In this document: positions 39,338-60,700 of the stretch, piece after piece | How the letters are laid out: each line of letters starts with the position of its first letter | Numbering within the stretch: the first letter of the stretch is position 1 | Source of the DNA: Trichoplax adhaerens | Lineage: Eukaryota > Animalia > Placozoa | Reading direction: 5' to 3' | DNA length: 64,000 nt | Assembly: GCF_000150275.1 (NCBI RefSeq) | Contig: NW_002060950.1 | Location: 378,679-442,678 of the forward strand | Translations under genes and position numbers: made by a program | Notes under the pieces: generated by a model | Told to the model about the DNA's origin: nothing | Databases searched by the model: none | What the model saw: the letters and a program-made list of their open reading frames with translations, nothing else

Positions 39338-42300
39338 TTACGCCATCAAGTAACATGAATGAATTAACACCTACAATCAGCCAATACTAAAAACCGATTA
39401 TCCATCATACAAATCTAATTAATTCAGCATATTATGTAATTATCTAACTAAGATTAGTCTTCATTTATGACTAATTCTTCAGTTAAAGGTGCAGAGCAAG
39501 TTTGAAGGAAAATACTTCCTATATAAATATTATCATTTATATTGCATGATTTAAGAATTGATGGAAATATCAACAGAAAACAGCAATTGTGATAGTTATG
39601 ATGACCAAGTTTATGGCAGAAATGATACCATCATTTTACTGATATAGAAAATTCAGGCCTACAATAATAGTAAGAATAATGTAAGAACATGACTAATAAC
39701 ATATTTGAAATCCTTTTCTGTGAATCGATACACAAAATGCCTAATTAGATAGATCAGATTCAATTTGCTATTATATATTAGTAGTTACGGGTAATGAGAG
39801 CTATCATACGTTGATGAAAAGAAAAAAATACGAATAGAATTATAAGCTAATTTTTAAAATGGACAATTTTTTTAATTGACGTTTTGAGAAGAGACAATTT
39901 CATTAATTATTGGCTCCCTTGCAAGATACCGATTGATTGATTTTAACCTAGAAGAAATTTGTTGAATGGATTAAAATCTCATTTTTTGCTGAAAATATAA
40001 AAGAGGAAAACTGTGTATTTAAAAGTATCAACCAAGAAGATGAATTTCTATCGTTGGCAGTCGTAACTAAACTTCATTTGTGTGGCCATAACATTTTTTT
40101 TAAAAGAGTACTGGGAAAACTGTTAACTCTTGCTGATCCTAACAACTTGTATTCATAGATAGACTTTAATCATTAATGAAATGGTAAACCATATTGGACG
40201 AATTCAATTGGAACAGTTACCATTTAGTTATAACTATGGCATTTAAAAATTCGTGTATGAGTTTAATAGTATTGTAATACTAATGGCAATTCGATAAAGT
40301 TGATGTTATCCTTATTATTTAAAAAAAGTAGAAAATTAGCTGAAATTATAGACATAAACTCTGAAGTGGTTAGAGCTAAACTAAATTGAAAATTATGTAA
40401 CTATTTCTATTGGCGCATATCCTAGCGATATTGTTATTACTACATCATGCGTGCTAAAATAAAAATTTAGGCCAATTTTATACCGTATTCAACAATGATA
40501 GTGCTTCCGTTATTGCAATAATAGTTAGTAATATTAATTATACCAATTAAATATATGCAAAATGATACTTGAAAGATGTAGCTGCAAATAAATATTTTAA
40601 CATACGTAGTGTTACAGTCTATCGGAATACTCTTATTGCCCGTTATTAGTCAATGTATGATTGCTAACAATATTTGTTATATTGTATTCTATAAACGGTG
40701 ATAGCCAATAATTCCATCGTAATCGGTTATAGAAGGAAGACATTAGAAACTATATGATCCATTTTTTATTATTTTGATAGTAAGGATAAAAGTTATGTAA
40801 ACATCGATTTTGTCCTTCTACAGTACAGTATAATTATGAAGAATCGGATGAATCCTGCGTGTAACCTTAAAAATACGAGTATATATATATATATATAAAA
40901 TATTAGATTTATAATTACAATTTTAGAACCTATGAAATATTACGAATGTAATGAGTTGACACATCTAGTACAAACTGTAGATGAACCGTTAGAAAGATTG
41001 ATTCAATATTCACATCGGAAATAACTAGCTTGTATAGATTTATGCAAAACCACTTACACGTATTTGTAGTATTATTGCCATGTATAATTGTGCAGTTACG
41101 TCAAATTGATTTGGGTTAGGACCATCAAATTGTTTATTATTCTAATATTTGGTTACTATATAAGAACTGTGTTATTCTAACATGGATTAGCAGAAATTTT
41201 AATTTGTTATTCCAAAAGTTGGATGAAATAATGAACTTGTGTTAAGTAAATATGGATGTTACTATTGCCGCGACTACGTACTCATTACGCAGCGATCGTA
41301 TTTAGTATTCAATATAATAAAAAAGATGTATTCTATCTTTATTTATGGGCGTTTTGTGAAAGGATAGCGACGCTCGAACTTTATCATTTTTCTGTTATGA
41401 ATCTATCTGTGAGTGTGCGATACTTGCGTATTAAAATTTTGCAGTATGATCGCATGTTATCATGAGACACTGAAAAGCTTTAAAATTTGATTGTTGGTTT
41501 ATGAACCACAGCATGATTTCTACGATAGCAAGTTTTTCCTTGGTTGGTTGTAATAAGTTTACCACTACTAATATCGCTCCTACATCTACTCTAAGAAAAC
41601 GACAGAATGTAATTATAATATATAATTAATACGAAATTGATGAAATACCAGCATGTTAATATGAAAACGTTCACGAAATTGCAGTTAGTCATTTATTCAG
41701 TAATTTAAAAATTATTTCATACTCGTATTTTTGGCAATGCTAATGTAATGAAATATTCAATTGTGGAATTCATTCCACCGATCGTAACTTTTATCAGGAA
41801 TATTTGATAGAACCGTGCATTGCAAGGCATTATAACTAAATTTAATCCGAATGACGCTTTACATGTAACATTAGTACATGATATGCGATCATAAAACAGC
41901 TGTTGTTCATTGGTAGTTAACATTTACTGCACGAAACCAAAATGCGTACTGTACTGTACTTCATAAAATGTGGTGGAAACCATTGACAAAATATACAGGT
42001 ATCGAATGGCTAGTAACTAATATATAAACAAATTTATTATATTCTTTTTAATAAATAACGTATCTAAAAGTTTACATAGATGCACTGTTCTTTTGAAGAC
42101 TTCCTTCATTATCGATAAGTACAGTGTCCAGCTGTGAACAGAACCTATTTTTTATCCTAATATACATGAACAATAAACTTCAAAGATTCCATTACAAAGA
42201 AAGAAAAGGAACAACAATACGGCAGATAGAGTCAGATGATTCGAACTACCATTACAAATACGAAATATTACAAAAGTGTGTAGTATATATACACATAATA

Positions 42301-42442
42301 AAACAGGAAAGTACATTCAATCATTTTCGGTACAGTGTATTAAAGTATCACTTTTTTTTTAACGTAACTTCAGCTATCAAATATTGTATCATAGTGAGTT
42401 GCTGGCTGTATCATTTCGTAAATAAAATGATATCAAATGATC

Positions 42443-48593
<6,151 letters not shown>

Positions 48594-48679
48594 TTTGCTG
48601 TGCTTCAAAATGAATCCGCCGTTGTCGGCTTGAGAGATTTCAAGACTGAAGGACGCCTGGCGCTCTACCGCACTATAAG

Positions 48680-48990
48680 TGCTGTTACCGTAGTAGCGGT
48701 ACAATACTGTACAGTATTAGAAATGCTGCTCTACTTTAGTGTATACAGTACTAGTCCTGTCCAGTACTGTACTGAAAGTCAGCAGAACCAGAGCACAACT
48801 TCTGTCCGTCTGTATTTCGATGGTCAAATTACTATAGATTGCACGTGTAAGCCATAGTGTACAGTAACCTAGTAAGGTAATACAGGACAAGACAGTACAA
48901 TACTGGCCAGGTAAAATACAGTATGTAGTACTGTACATTGTACAGTACAGCGTACTGTATAGTCGTGGACTACTGTACTTCCGGACCGGT
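48680..48990. promoter_or_regulatory. CAGTA/TACTG-rich cluster immediately upstream of RPB2 (putative promoter)
   Basis: Dense TACTGTACAGTA-type words begin ~90 bp upstream of the RPB2 ATG. Promoter role is inferred from position. Confidence 0.6.
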
Positions 48991-49899
48991 GCACTGAACT
49001 CAGACGGTCGGACACTTCGGTTTCATCCTGTTCTAAACACTTCGTTTCGCTAAAATGTTTTGAAGCGGATGCTCGCGATGCTGTCATTCGCTTATTTTTT
49101 TTCTACTAAATTAAGTAATATAACATTGAAATCTATTCTATTTTACCAAGTTCTGCTCAAAAGCAGTTGTAGAACGTCAAAGATGTATCTAGTAGTTTAT
49201 GGTAGAATGCTATCAGAAGTTATACCATGAGCTTTTTTTAGTAGTCCATAAGGCAGAGTGCTGTAAAATGGAATAGTGGCTATATAAAACCGGTCAATTC
49301 AGTCTAGTTGATTTTGTTTTTTTTAATTTCTTGTCTCTTCCGTCATAGTCTTGTCCCATAAATTAGACGTAATTGATTCTAGAATTGTCCTTGATATTCA
49401 AATATGCATTACGACACTATTCTACCTGGATTTTATACTGTACTGTAGTAGTTGCTGTCAATCCCTTTCTTGTGCTTCATTAGAATGGCAATCTCTCCTC
49501 AATTAGGCTAATCGAGCGTTTAGTAAAGGAGCCACTACTCCTATAACGCTGATAATACATTGGATATAACACAATATCACAAATCATGTCGACTTTCTAA
49601 TGTTTTATCCAATATCCAATGATAACAGGAATTTTAATGATTGTTTTCTAGTTAGCATGGACTGTTATGCGGGTAGAGAATACTGTACTGTATAGCTCCA
49701 GATGTCAATTTCGGTTTACCGCGCTAAGAAAGAATTACTTTTAACGTGAATGGATATTAATAAACGGCTCATTACCCTTATTGCCTTCATGCAATGCATT
49801 TACTGTTCAAATCATCATTTTTAACGTGAATGAATGTTGATAAAATTTGATAAAATCAAATTCCTGAATAGTAACTGTAATATATTTTGTAACGTTAAC

Positions 49900-50080
49900 G
49901 TATATAGAACATAATCCGTCAGCATAGTGATGCAAAATCGAGTCACCTTTGAAGTATTATTGTAAAATAATATTCTAGAAGTATAATATTATAAGAGCAT
50001 AATCCGTCAGCAAAGCGACGGGAGTTTGTAATATTATAACAGCATAATCCGTCAGCATAGTGACGGGAGTTTATACTAGT
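49900..50080 (+). mobile_element. Helitron-like 3' terminus, triplicated (non-autonomous remnant; 5' end not determined)
   Basis: Hairpin CCGTCA-gcatag-TGACGG (50049-50066) is followed 9 nt later by CTAG|T (50076-50080), the canonical Helitron 3' signature. CATAATCCGTCAGCA recurs at ~49910, ~49998 and ~50043. Confidence 0.55.
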
Positions 50081-51780
50081 TCTATCCAAATTAGCCTTCA
50101 TTTGTCTTGGTTGTATACTTCCAAACTACTGTATTACTTCAGCAATAACTTATACTGGCACTCTGCATCAAGGCTTTATAGAGCTTATCCCATTTTGCTG
50201 CACTTCACGACGCAACAACCCTAATCAGATGATAGCCCTGGCTATTTCTCTTTCGAAAAATTTACAAATACTTATTATACAATGAAACTGAAAACTATAT
50301 CTACTGCATGCAAAGTTGATGCGAAACAATATCGTAAATAGTTTTACTAATCTGAACGGCTAACCTTACTACTGTACTGTATATATATATATACATAACA
50401 CAAGGAAATCAGCTTGCCTGCTACTCGCGAATCGTCAGTTTTGCTGGGCTTTATACTATTCAAATTTTAAAATTTTAAAAATTGAATTTGCAGTAAATAT
50501 TTCCTTATCAGCAATAAGACTTCAAACCTGTCAGTAGAGTAAAATCATATTCTCATCATAACGGATGATTTGTAGCTTAGGATAGCACACCAGTAAATAG
50601 AATATGGAGCTATTTACACATCTCGCTACATTCAAGGTACTATCTTAAAGTTTTTGTCAAATTTCCGTCAGAATAGGTTACTTCAAGGAAATAGTGATCG
50701 CAATTATGAGATATACAAGTATTCAAACGGCTCATGTTGCAATAGTGATCCAAGCTCAGAACTTCTGCGAATCATCAATTTCTTATTATGGATCAGTAAT
50801 GACATGCTGTTAGCTCAATCATTTCCCACTTACTTTGGTTTTTCTGTACTTACATTTATTTCTAACTACATGTCATCTTATGAGAAGAAATACAGTATTA
50901 AAAGCCAATAGCACCGTAGAACATGACAGTACCCATTAGGTGTATTACTGGTAAGCGCAATAAATAACTTTACGTTAATCTGTACACTTAACAAGTTTTT
51001 ATTCCTTGCTCCAGCATATTGCAACTACTTGTGGATCAATACAATGCTAAGTAACGTTTTAGATTTATGCTGTCCCACCTCTAGCTGAAGAATAACATTA
51101 GTAATACTATCGCTACTTTACACTAAGGCATTTTCGAAGACCAAGTAATGAATACTGTACATTTGCGATCTACGTGTTATATTCACTGTCAGTACTACAT
51201 AGAAAACTGCAGCGCAGTAACACATATGTCAATAAGCCACTAGTACATTCAGATAACTGGATCTAGATAGAATTGAAAATTGCTTTCATAATGACATGCA
51301 TATAAATAATAAGAATGAGAATGAAAATATAGCGAACTTTCAAGATAATAAAACAGCTAACTCAATTACATTAAATTTACAAATTTAAGTACAGCTAGCC
51401 CAAAGACAAAGAATGGTCATCACGGACTATCATCGAAAAACTGTAAAAAAATCGCGTTTACGAACTCAAAAAATTTCTTCTATAAAATATTAATTAATCA
51501 AATATCAGCTAATTTGATAAGATCTTAATATTGGAAATACAATACATCATTATAGAGCTACAATTGTATACTGGATATAATATAAGATTTAAAGGAGTTT
51601 AAGGACAACGCGTAATTCAATACGGATTCGATAGCTGATAATAATATATTAGTCTAAATTTTACACTAATTTGAAATAGACTAGAAAAAATATATCGTAT
51701 ACCTCCATTAATTAAGCAGATGAATATCGGTACGAGACTACTTCTTGAATGGGGATGAAAATTCGTAATCGGATAACTGA

Positions 51781-54700
51781 TTATCTTACTAAATCGGTCA
51801 AAGTAGGATCTGGTGATACCGATCTACTAACTCTTCGCAAGCCGAATGCTCCAGTTTGAGCCGACATAGCCTCCTCGTTTCTTTGTGAACAAAGCTTCTT
51901 TCGCCAATCCATAGCTAATCTAATTACGGGGTCATCAGGACTGGCATTCGCATCTAAATCAATCTAAGCATCCGTACATAGTAAAGGCCAAATAAATATC
52001 AATTTTGAAGAGAACACGAGTATACCTCGCGCGAATTGTAAAACGGTTTTAATAACTCTTCCACTCCACTATATCTTAAAGTATGCGTGAACCTTACTAG
52101 GAAACTTCTATCGACCGTTGATCGATCAGAGAACTTTGCAGATTATGACTTTAAGAAACATACAGTATTTAGTCTATATATTCCCTTACAGTAACTTTAA
52201 AAATTCACAAATTAAGCATGTACTTATGCGTAATGCCTTCATTACAGATATACCTTAAGGCACGCAGCTTCTGTGACTTTTAATCCTTTCATAACAACAT
52301 AATTTAAATTTTTGGAATTTTCAATTAAAGGGTGATCATTCTGAAAGTAAATTAAAACGGATTAATTTATTTGGTATAGTATCGAGTCCTCACGTAGTTA
52401 CCAACAGCAGCAAGTTATTATTCACCCATATTGATTAAGTAGCATACCGATAATGAGTGACTTAAGTTTTCATTAACAGTGCACAGCATCTTTAATTGCA
52501 TACTAATCGTCTGAATTTGATCCGCACATAAACGTAACTCCTCTTGGTTGCTAAAGTTATGAGAAGATTTATTAATATAGGTAAACCGCAATGTCAGGAA
52601 ATCTACAGCATTCTATATAAAAGCATAAGCCAGTTATCGCTGCAATGAGCAAATTATGAGGGCTACATGACAAATACTGTTACATACCCCTTGTCAGTGC
52701 AAATATTTGACATATGTTGCATAAATTTGCCAATGAGTACAGCATTTTCAGCAATATTTTTAGCTGAAACAGCCATGGTATGTGCTGATACTGTACTAGA
52801 TGGCCTTTCTGCAATACTTGTCAGCTGATCTACTCGATTAGCCATTTCTTTTGCGGCTCTGATAACAAAATTTCCGTCTTCTTCCCAAACATTGATATCC
52901 TCCTGCATTTCAAATGTTAACTTTATTCGATTGTTCTAAGAAAAGTTGACATATTACAGCAAAGATAAATCCCTACCATCTAGAACTATATTACACGTAA
53001 TACATATACAGTATCCTTTTATTTCAAAGGTAATGGCAAAAGAAATATTGTTTGAATATAAATAACATAATAACATGAAAATAGTGTACAAGAGAGCAAA
53101 ATGGTTACACATCGATATAAACTTATAGAATTCTTTTTTAGCCAACATACTGCAAGTAGTTTATGAAGGAAGTGTTTTGTAAAACTCAGCAAAACGCATG
53201 TTTTGCTGCGCATTTCTGGTTGTAGCTTGGTTTTTTAGCGATAACAATGCATTAAAACTACGTGAAGCTCAAGTACATTCTGTAATAATATTTATTTACT
53301 TATTTTAATTTATCGATTAAAAATAGCAAATTATACGGTATTGCGCCTATAGACTGTCATCACTTACAACAACTGATCTGGCAGGGAAATTTTTAACTTT
53401 ACCATCGCTGACGTGATCAGAGCTATTAAGGTTAACAGATTTCTTGACGCCCTTATTATTTAAAAAGCTTTCTGGAGGCTCCTGTCTTACGTTTGATGAT
53501 AACCTGGTATTATCTGTCGCCTTTGTAGACGTATCATTAATCGCATGCATGTATCCCTTAACCTTCAATTCAGAGAATCTTTTTGAATCACTAGCCTTGC
53601 CAAAATTATTACGCTCGGTATCTATTTTTGACGACCCCATTGGTTCCAATTGAGTACTTGCTTGCAATTTCGTCGTTAGCACATTTTTATCGTCTTCACC
53701 AAGCGTATCAGAGGGTAACTGCGAAATTTTACTAGTGAAATAGTCGTTGGAACTATCTGACGTTCCTTTAGAAAGATTCCTTAATGACGACAAGTATCCG
53801 CCGATATTTTCAGGCTGACGGAATTGGGTGGAAGGGATGGTCGGCTTGGTATTGTTGGAAGAACCTACACTGGCTGTATCCAAACGTTGAGCTTCAGCAT
53901 TGGCATTGCTTGAATCGGTCATAGAATTAACATTAGATGACGGATAGATAGATGTTGACGTAATACCAATATGGACAGAATCTGTAGCTTGTGACTCTAA
54001 TCTCTGTTTAGGATTGACAGATGAAAAGGTAGCTGTTGCTGTGTTCATTCCATTGTTTAGAAGAGAGTTATCGTAATTGCTATTTACTGACTGATGTTCT
54101 GAACGATTAAACACTGATTGCAAAGGAGGTTGATCACTCATTAAATTTCTTGCAGAATTTAGTACACTAACACCTGCAGCCTGCTGATGGGGATTAAAGA
54201 CCACGTTACTAGTATATGTATTAAAGATCGTATTAGGATTTGGTGAGAAGGCTGACTGGGGCTTATTGTACGGTTGATCATAGCTATAATGAAACACAGA
54301 ATTCTTTTTAATTATGATAAAACTTACGGTATTAAGAAAACCTTACGCAGTATGTAATCTTTATTTACAGAAATTCATAAAACTTTATACTAAAGGGTAC
54401 AATAGTTCATATTCGATAATTACTTTTGTGACATTGCTGAGTATGGTCTTTCTGGTCGGTTGGTCGTATAGGATGTGGTAGCCAAATTCGGTTGCGATAA
54501 CGCTACTGAAGATGGCTTTAAATCACTTAATCGACTGTATGGCTCGTTCGTTTCTGTAACGATATTAGAACTTCTAGCCATAGGAAGAGTTTGTTGTGGA
54601 TACGTTGGTAGAGGAGCTTGGATAGTATTCGCACTTGCTCTTGGTGGTCCTTGTTGCGCATTCATATCATATTTTAGACCGAAGAGCTCTTGAACTGTGG

Positions 54701-57700
54701 CTGTACAGTTTACAAAAGATCGTAAGAAACGGCGTTATATTAGTCAAAGTTGCTTTCATATCGAATTTGCACACGGCAAAAATAGTTTTTACTTTCACGT
54801 ACATGATACAGCAGCAAAATTTACATCTTCAATTCGATCAAGCTTATGTATTAACAAGCAAGCTTTTGATGCCCATTGACGCCTAACAAGTTGGAACCAC
54901 TCTACACTCAGCTGATCAGGATTTTCTATGAAGATAAATTTTAATTAATAGGAATTTTTTTATAGTTAGCGTAACCCACCTTAATGTGTAAAGCTTTTTG
55001 CATAATATGTTTACCTGCCAATCCTCTAGCAGCACTTATCACCTTTGGTGTAAGTTTTTCAACTGAATTGCTGGTAACATGAATTAACTTTACTTGCTCT
55101 TCCTTCTTCGAATTAGCAACAGCCGCATTGGCATACTTTTTTACTCTAGCTACACGAGCAGTTAATGTGTCAGCCTGAACCTGAAATGACTGCAAAAGCT
55201 GCATACCATGATTGCCACCATAAGATTTACTTATTGCAAGTGCAGCTCCAGCTAAATTGTCGACAGGTGAAGAAACATCTGCAGTGAGATCATCAACAAC
55301 AGCTGAAAGTAGATGAACCTGCATTTTTTGCAGAAATCAGATCAGACATTAGTTGATATTAGTAATAAAACATAAAAATATAGAATCAATGGATAAAAAT
55401 ATGTAATCTGCTGTTAAAGCTTAGAATATAGATACTGTAAATAAAGTCGAAATTTAAATATAACATACTTTTGATGCCCACTCTCGTTGTAATAAGGTCA
55501 ATCTTTCTGACGAAGCTTGATGCGCTGAGCCTTCTCGACTAGTCTTTTGAGATCCAGAAGTTTCAACCGCAATCCAGGCTAGATCCATTATTTCATGGGT
55601 TAAACGTTCAATTGCTTGCATGTTTGAACGAAAACTTTCAATTTTCTTAACTTCATCACAACTACAGAATTACGCATTATTTAAAAAAAGCTAAGCACTC
55701 TACCGTAAAGAAAATCAAAAGGATCGATAATAATAATACTTTTTCTACAGTAGTACCTAGAAATTGACGTTGTGCTTATTTCTTTTAATACATTACGGTA
55801 AGTATTGAGGGTTTTCGCTCTTTCGTGCACAGCTCGTCTATCGCCGAGTTGAGCTGCAGAAATCAATGCCTCTACTGGTGCTACGGTTCCTTTTATGATA
55901 CCATCAAATGCTTCCATCAACGATTTAACTTCTACCCCCCACTCACGACGTAATATCTCCAATTGAATTAGGAAACTTTCTGGCATCGAATTTTCTGAAG
56001 AAAGAAAAAATTTATTTCGTAGGACCAACATAAACTGGACACCGCTGCAATAAATTTCATAATTATACCTGATAAGTGTAAATGCAATGTTTTAGCGGTT
56101 GAGATCAGCAATTTCATTGTGGAGTTAACGCTGTCGATATGTTGTCTTATTAATATAATATGCTTTTTTAACAATTGTGAATGATGGTCTACTTCGAGAT
56201 CAAACGAGCTACCAAATGTTAAACTAAGTTCCTCCTCAGCAGCAGTGATAGTTGAAACAGCAATTTGCTGCAATTTCATGACGTATGTATGGAAGGCATC
56301 AATCTAGAAAAGGTTCATAATAGGTTATTTATGGCAACTATTACAAAATTAAGTTAAGATTACAATCTGTTAAGCGTTAATATAAATCTGAAACTAACAT
56401 GATTGTTAAGAACTTCAGCATTTCCTAGATGAGCAGTAGCAGCAACACGAGTTGCTGGTGTAGACCATCCGTCAATGAATTTATCAACATCCGCAGCTAA
56501 TACTTGCATTTTGAAGGACCAATCCTGGCCCCGGACACGAAGTTGATCAGTAATTTCTCTTCTGTTTCTATTAACAACTGCTAACTGCGCTGCACTAATA
56601 ACCTGAGGAGCTAGCTTCCGCAATTCCATAATCGTCTGAATAACCAGACTATATTAATTGAAACGCATTTAAAGGATTTAAATTAAAATATATTGGGGAA
56701 AACAGACGGTTTGCAAGATAACTACGTAGTTTATGGAGGTAGCAATTACTAAATTCTAAGAAATAATCATGCCTTTTATCTTTGCTAGTTGAGCGATCGG
56801 AAGTTATTTGAGCTAGATCTGACAATTTCTTGCTAGCATCAGAAATTAGCGAACAAATTCCAGAAATATCTTCACCATTGACCGATGCATCCACTAAACG
56901 TGATATTGGAGAAGCAAATACTTTTGGTGCTGCTGAAGCCATAACTTCATCCGCATCGCCTATAGCAAAATCAAACGTTATCATGGAACAGATTTATATT
57001 ACTATTCAGATTACACTGTAGAAGTAACCATTACAATTATTAACTGTTTTGCGTACCTATCTCGGAGATGATATTTTTATAAAGATAATCGTATTCAATA
57101 GTTTCATTCTGTGAAGAAATACTTTTGGAATCATCCTTGCTTCTGTCATCATAAAGATCTTGGTCGTTGGTACTTCTGGGCTTCGCCATGTTCGAATGTC
57201 CAAACGATGGACTCAAGCGTGAGGTAGGCTGATTTGAGATATTTCTGGTATGGTATCGGCTTGGAGGACCGCGAGCGTTTACTTCGCTATCTAATGTTAT
57301 AATAGTTATATATAGTACCATAAACAACTCTAAGAAGCGTATTGAATATAGTGACTCTATAATTCCTTAATGTCTTCTTATAATACTACATCAACTGACT
57401 TGGTAGTTGTGATGAAACCAAATTTCGATCAGGTAACCGCCTTGGGGAGTCATCAGTGTAATTGGAAGGAGCTCTGTCTCTTCGTGAACTGTCTTCTTGA
57501 TTGCTGCCTATAAGGGAAGCATAAGCCATTGGAATACTATTGAGTACGCACGCTAAAAGTGCCAAGAGCAAGTTCTAATTAATGCAATTGTACATATATA
57601 AATACATGTATTATGTACCCGCAAATTGAGGTATAAAAATTGCACATAGTTCTCTCATAGTTTCTAATATTCTATTGGTTATATCCAGAAATTGTTGTTG

Positions 57701-60700
57701 CCGGTCATAATCTTTGATATCACTTATGACTGCAGTTAAGGTGATCTTAAGTTGCGGTATAACTGAAAAGTTCAATATTAAAGGAGATTGATTTTGTAAA
57801 ATTTAGAATGATAAAAATAAAATGATAAAAGATCGGAAACGCAGGATGCAGTAATTAGCTATATAGAAAGCAATAATTACTCACTCGATTCAATTTCTGC
57901 TCCAATATTTTCTACTTTTTGATAGTAGCGGTTATCCAAATCAGGTAGCTCTACGCTACGAACTAAGTCCATAGCTCTTTCTAAACACTTTCCGGCATGG
58001 TTAGCATACTTCGCTACAATATCCTTTTCTTGACTTCGTAAACCATCTTGACATTGTCTAATGTTACTATAAATCTCTACTTCTGCAATGTTGATACAAT
58101 CACTGGTAACATTAGAAATTATTATTTCACAAAAATTACTTGTTTAGCATACATAATAGTAACAGTAATGATTTACCTGAAATTTTTAGAAATTTTATAA
58201 CATCGACTATTTTATCTACAGCGGTGACCATCTGTGTTAACCTTTCCATCCAATTGTTACAGACATTTTCTAGTTGAGTATAAAGCCTTTTATCACTAGG
58301 ATTCACACGCAGCATCCGAGAAGTTGTTAATACATCTCTAGTTAACTTTTCTAAAGCTTTAGCTGCTACGCGAATTCGCTGCACGCCTATTGTTACAATG
58401 CATCATATGCAGTAAAATAAATGGATTAGATACCTTTACAGGGCGCCACATTTATTCATGATGATGATTTGTGCGCAAATGTAATCTTGACAATTCAAAA
58501 CTTACAAATAGAATCGCCAAAAAATGAAGCACAGTTAGCTACTTCAAGTATTCTTTCAGCAATGTTTTGAAAGTTATTCTCGTTCTTTGTTACAGTGTAG
58601 TTGCTCTAATTTTAAAAGATATCTATATATGATTGCACATTTCTTACAGCACATCCACTATTAAATTTTTATTACAATCAATGATAATCGATTATCACTA
58701 GATAATAAAATTAAATGCAATATTCAAGAAACATACGATTCTTACCGGTATACCAGATCTTCTATCGTACAGTAGCAACTCAATTGATGAATTTGTATCG
58801 GCTAAGGTGTCAACAATATGATAAGTTGTAACTTCTTTTACTGTTATCATGAGGTCATGCAGTTCCATCAACAGTCTTTCACTACGCATATCGAATAACC
58901 CTCTTTACAAGATATTTATAGAGCAATTAATATATTTCCCAAGTACAATTATGAAGAAACATTTACTGAATCATTACTAGAATAACTACCTATCAGCAGC
59001 AGTACCATTATCGTTTAGCTCATTGCGAACGTGGAGAACCTAACATCATACGAAAATCATGCTAAAATTAGAATATGTATAATACAAAAAGCTAATGTAC
59101 GCAAATTAATATCAACATACTTTTTCAGCTTGTTCTACAATATCATCCCTTCTCTTTTCACGACTCAAACGAGCGACTTTCATGCTTGCACGAATAATGC
59201 ACGATACATATAGATCAAGCTCACCATTAATACTTCTTGTTGATGGACTGAAGGCATCAGTCAGTAACTGCCGAATCTATCATGGTATTTCGAATTCGTT
59301 TATCATTATGTTGCTATTTAATCATAATTTAGTTATAGGATTATTTGTTACCTTATCTAGGCAAAATATAAATTCTCCCGACTCATCGTCATCAGGTGAT
59401 GGTCCATCTTGGCGGCGTTGTACAGTTCGTATTATATCTGCAGATGCAACACGAATTTGACCAGCAGCATATTCTTTATTCGTCTAAAAGATGAGGAGTG
59501 TAGCATAGAATTAATATTAAATTTCATGTCTTTTAAATATTTATATTTCGCTATTCAACAACGATCGATACATTTTATACTAAGTTTATCATTCCTATCA
59601 CAATCAAAGCTATGAAACATATACTATTCTTGCGTACAGCAACTTCTAGTATGGTATTAATCAATTAAAGCTATGAATCGACCTTTCCTTCTTCATTCAA
59701 TCCAGAAGCAATTTGCGACTGCATTAAGCGCGATAAGATTACTGCATTTTCTTGCATTGTTTTTAGCGATCTGACTAGCGTTTCACGACAAGTTTTATTA
59801 ATCAATTCCTATATCAAAAAAGCCAATAAAAACCTTACATCCTTCATATGCTACTGTACTATCATTAATATGCAGTATTTTATATAAATTAATCGATCGC
59901 TCCACTTCTATATAATAAGTGTAAACAATTTAACAGCTAATTTTCTACGCTTTAAATTTATGGTTACACAATATACAAAGAAAGGGCTTCCAAAATAATT
60001 AATTTAATTTAATTCTTAATACATATGGAACATACTTTTTGCCGCTTGTTGACAAGATCCAGCAGCAATCTCACTATAGTAGTGAAATCCTAATTAGAAA
60101 GCAATACAATCATGTTAGTTGAAGTATTACACTTTCATAGTCTCTTTGATAGAGATTATAATCATTTTTATCCGTAATAATCATTAAATTAAACTTACAA
60201 CCAAAGCTTTGGTTAACTTTTGCATTGTATCGCACTCTTCAACTAACGTTACGTAGTTCATTAACTGATTGGCAGCAAATACAATTTGACGTATTTTGCT
60301 AGCATCTGTTGTAACTAACACCTTGAGAAAGGGATAGAAATAAACCATAAGGGCATTGGATAATATAATTAATTGGAAACGCACGTTATGTACAAAATAA
60401 TAAGCTATAACAACAAATGAAATATTGACAAAAAACACATACACATACACTGACATTTATACAGTAGAAAGTTACGATAAGATCATTTATTAATATCAGT
60501 CTAAAATTTAGTTGGTAGCCTTACTTTGATAACACTTTCCAAGAGTTCACGAAAGTTAGTGACTAAGTTGGCTAAACCGGATTGAGAATGAGGATCACGT
60601 ACAAGTGTATGAGCAGCATTAAGTAAATTCTGCTCAATTGTTTTCAATTTTTCACATGCATTTCTCATATCAGCTTTAAGTTCCTATATGTTTTTATAGT

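Noticed and set aside
52025-52150. Possible extra exon (WSGRVIKTVLQFAR) in the last vinculin-like intron
   Set aside because: The flanking exons already join in phase (AACLK|IDLDANAS), so there is no independent support for it.
53011-53020. GTATCCTTT U12-type donor word
   Set aside because: It is on the strand opposite the host gene. All introns I resolved are ordinary GT-AG.
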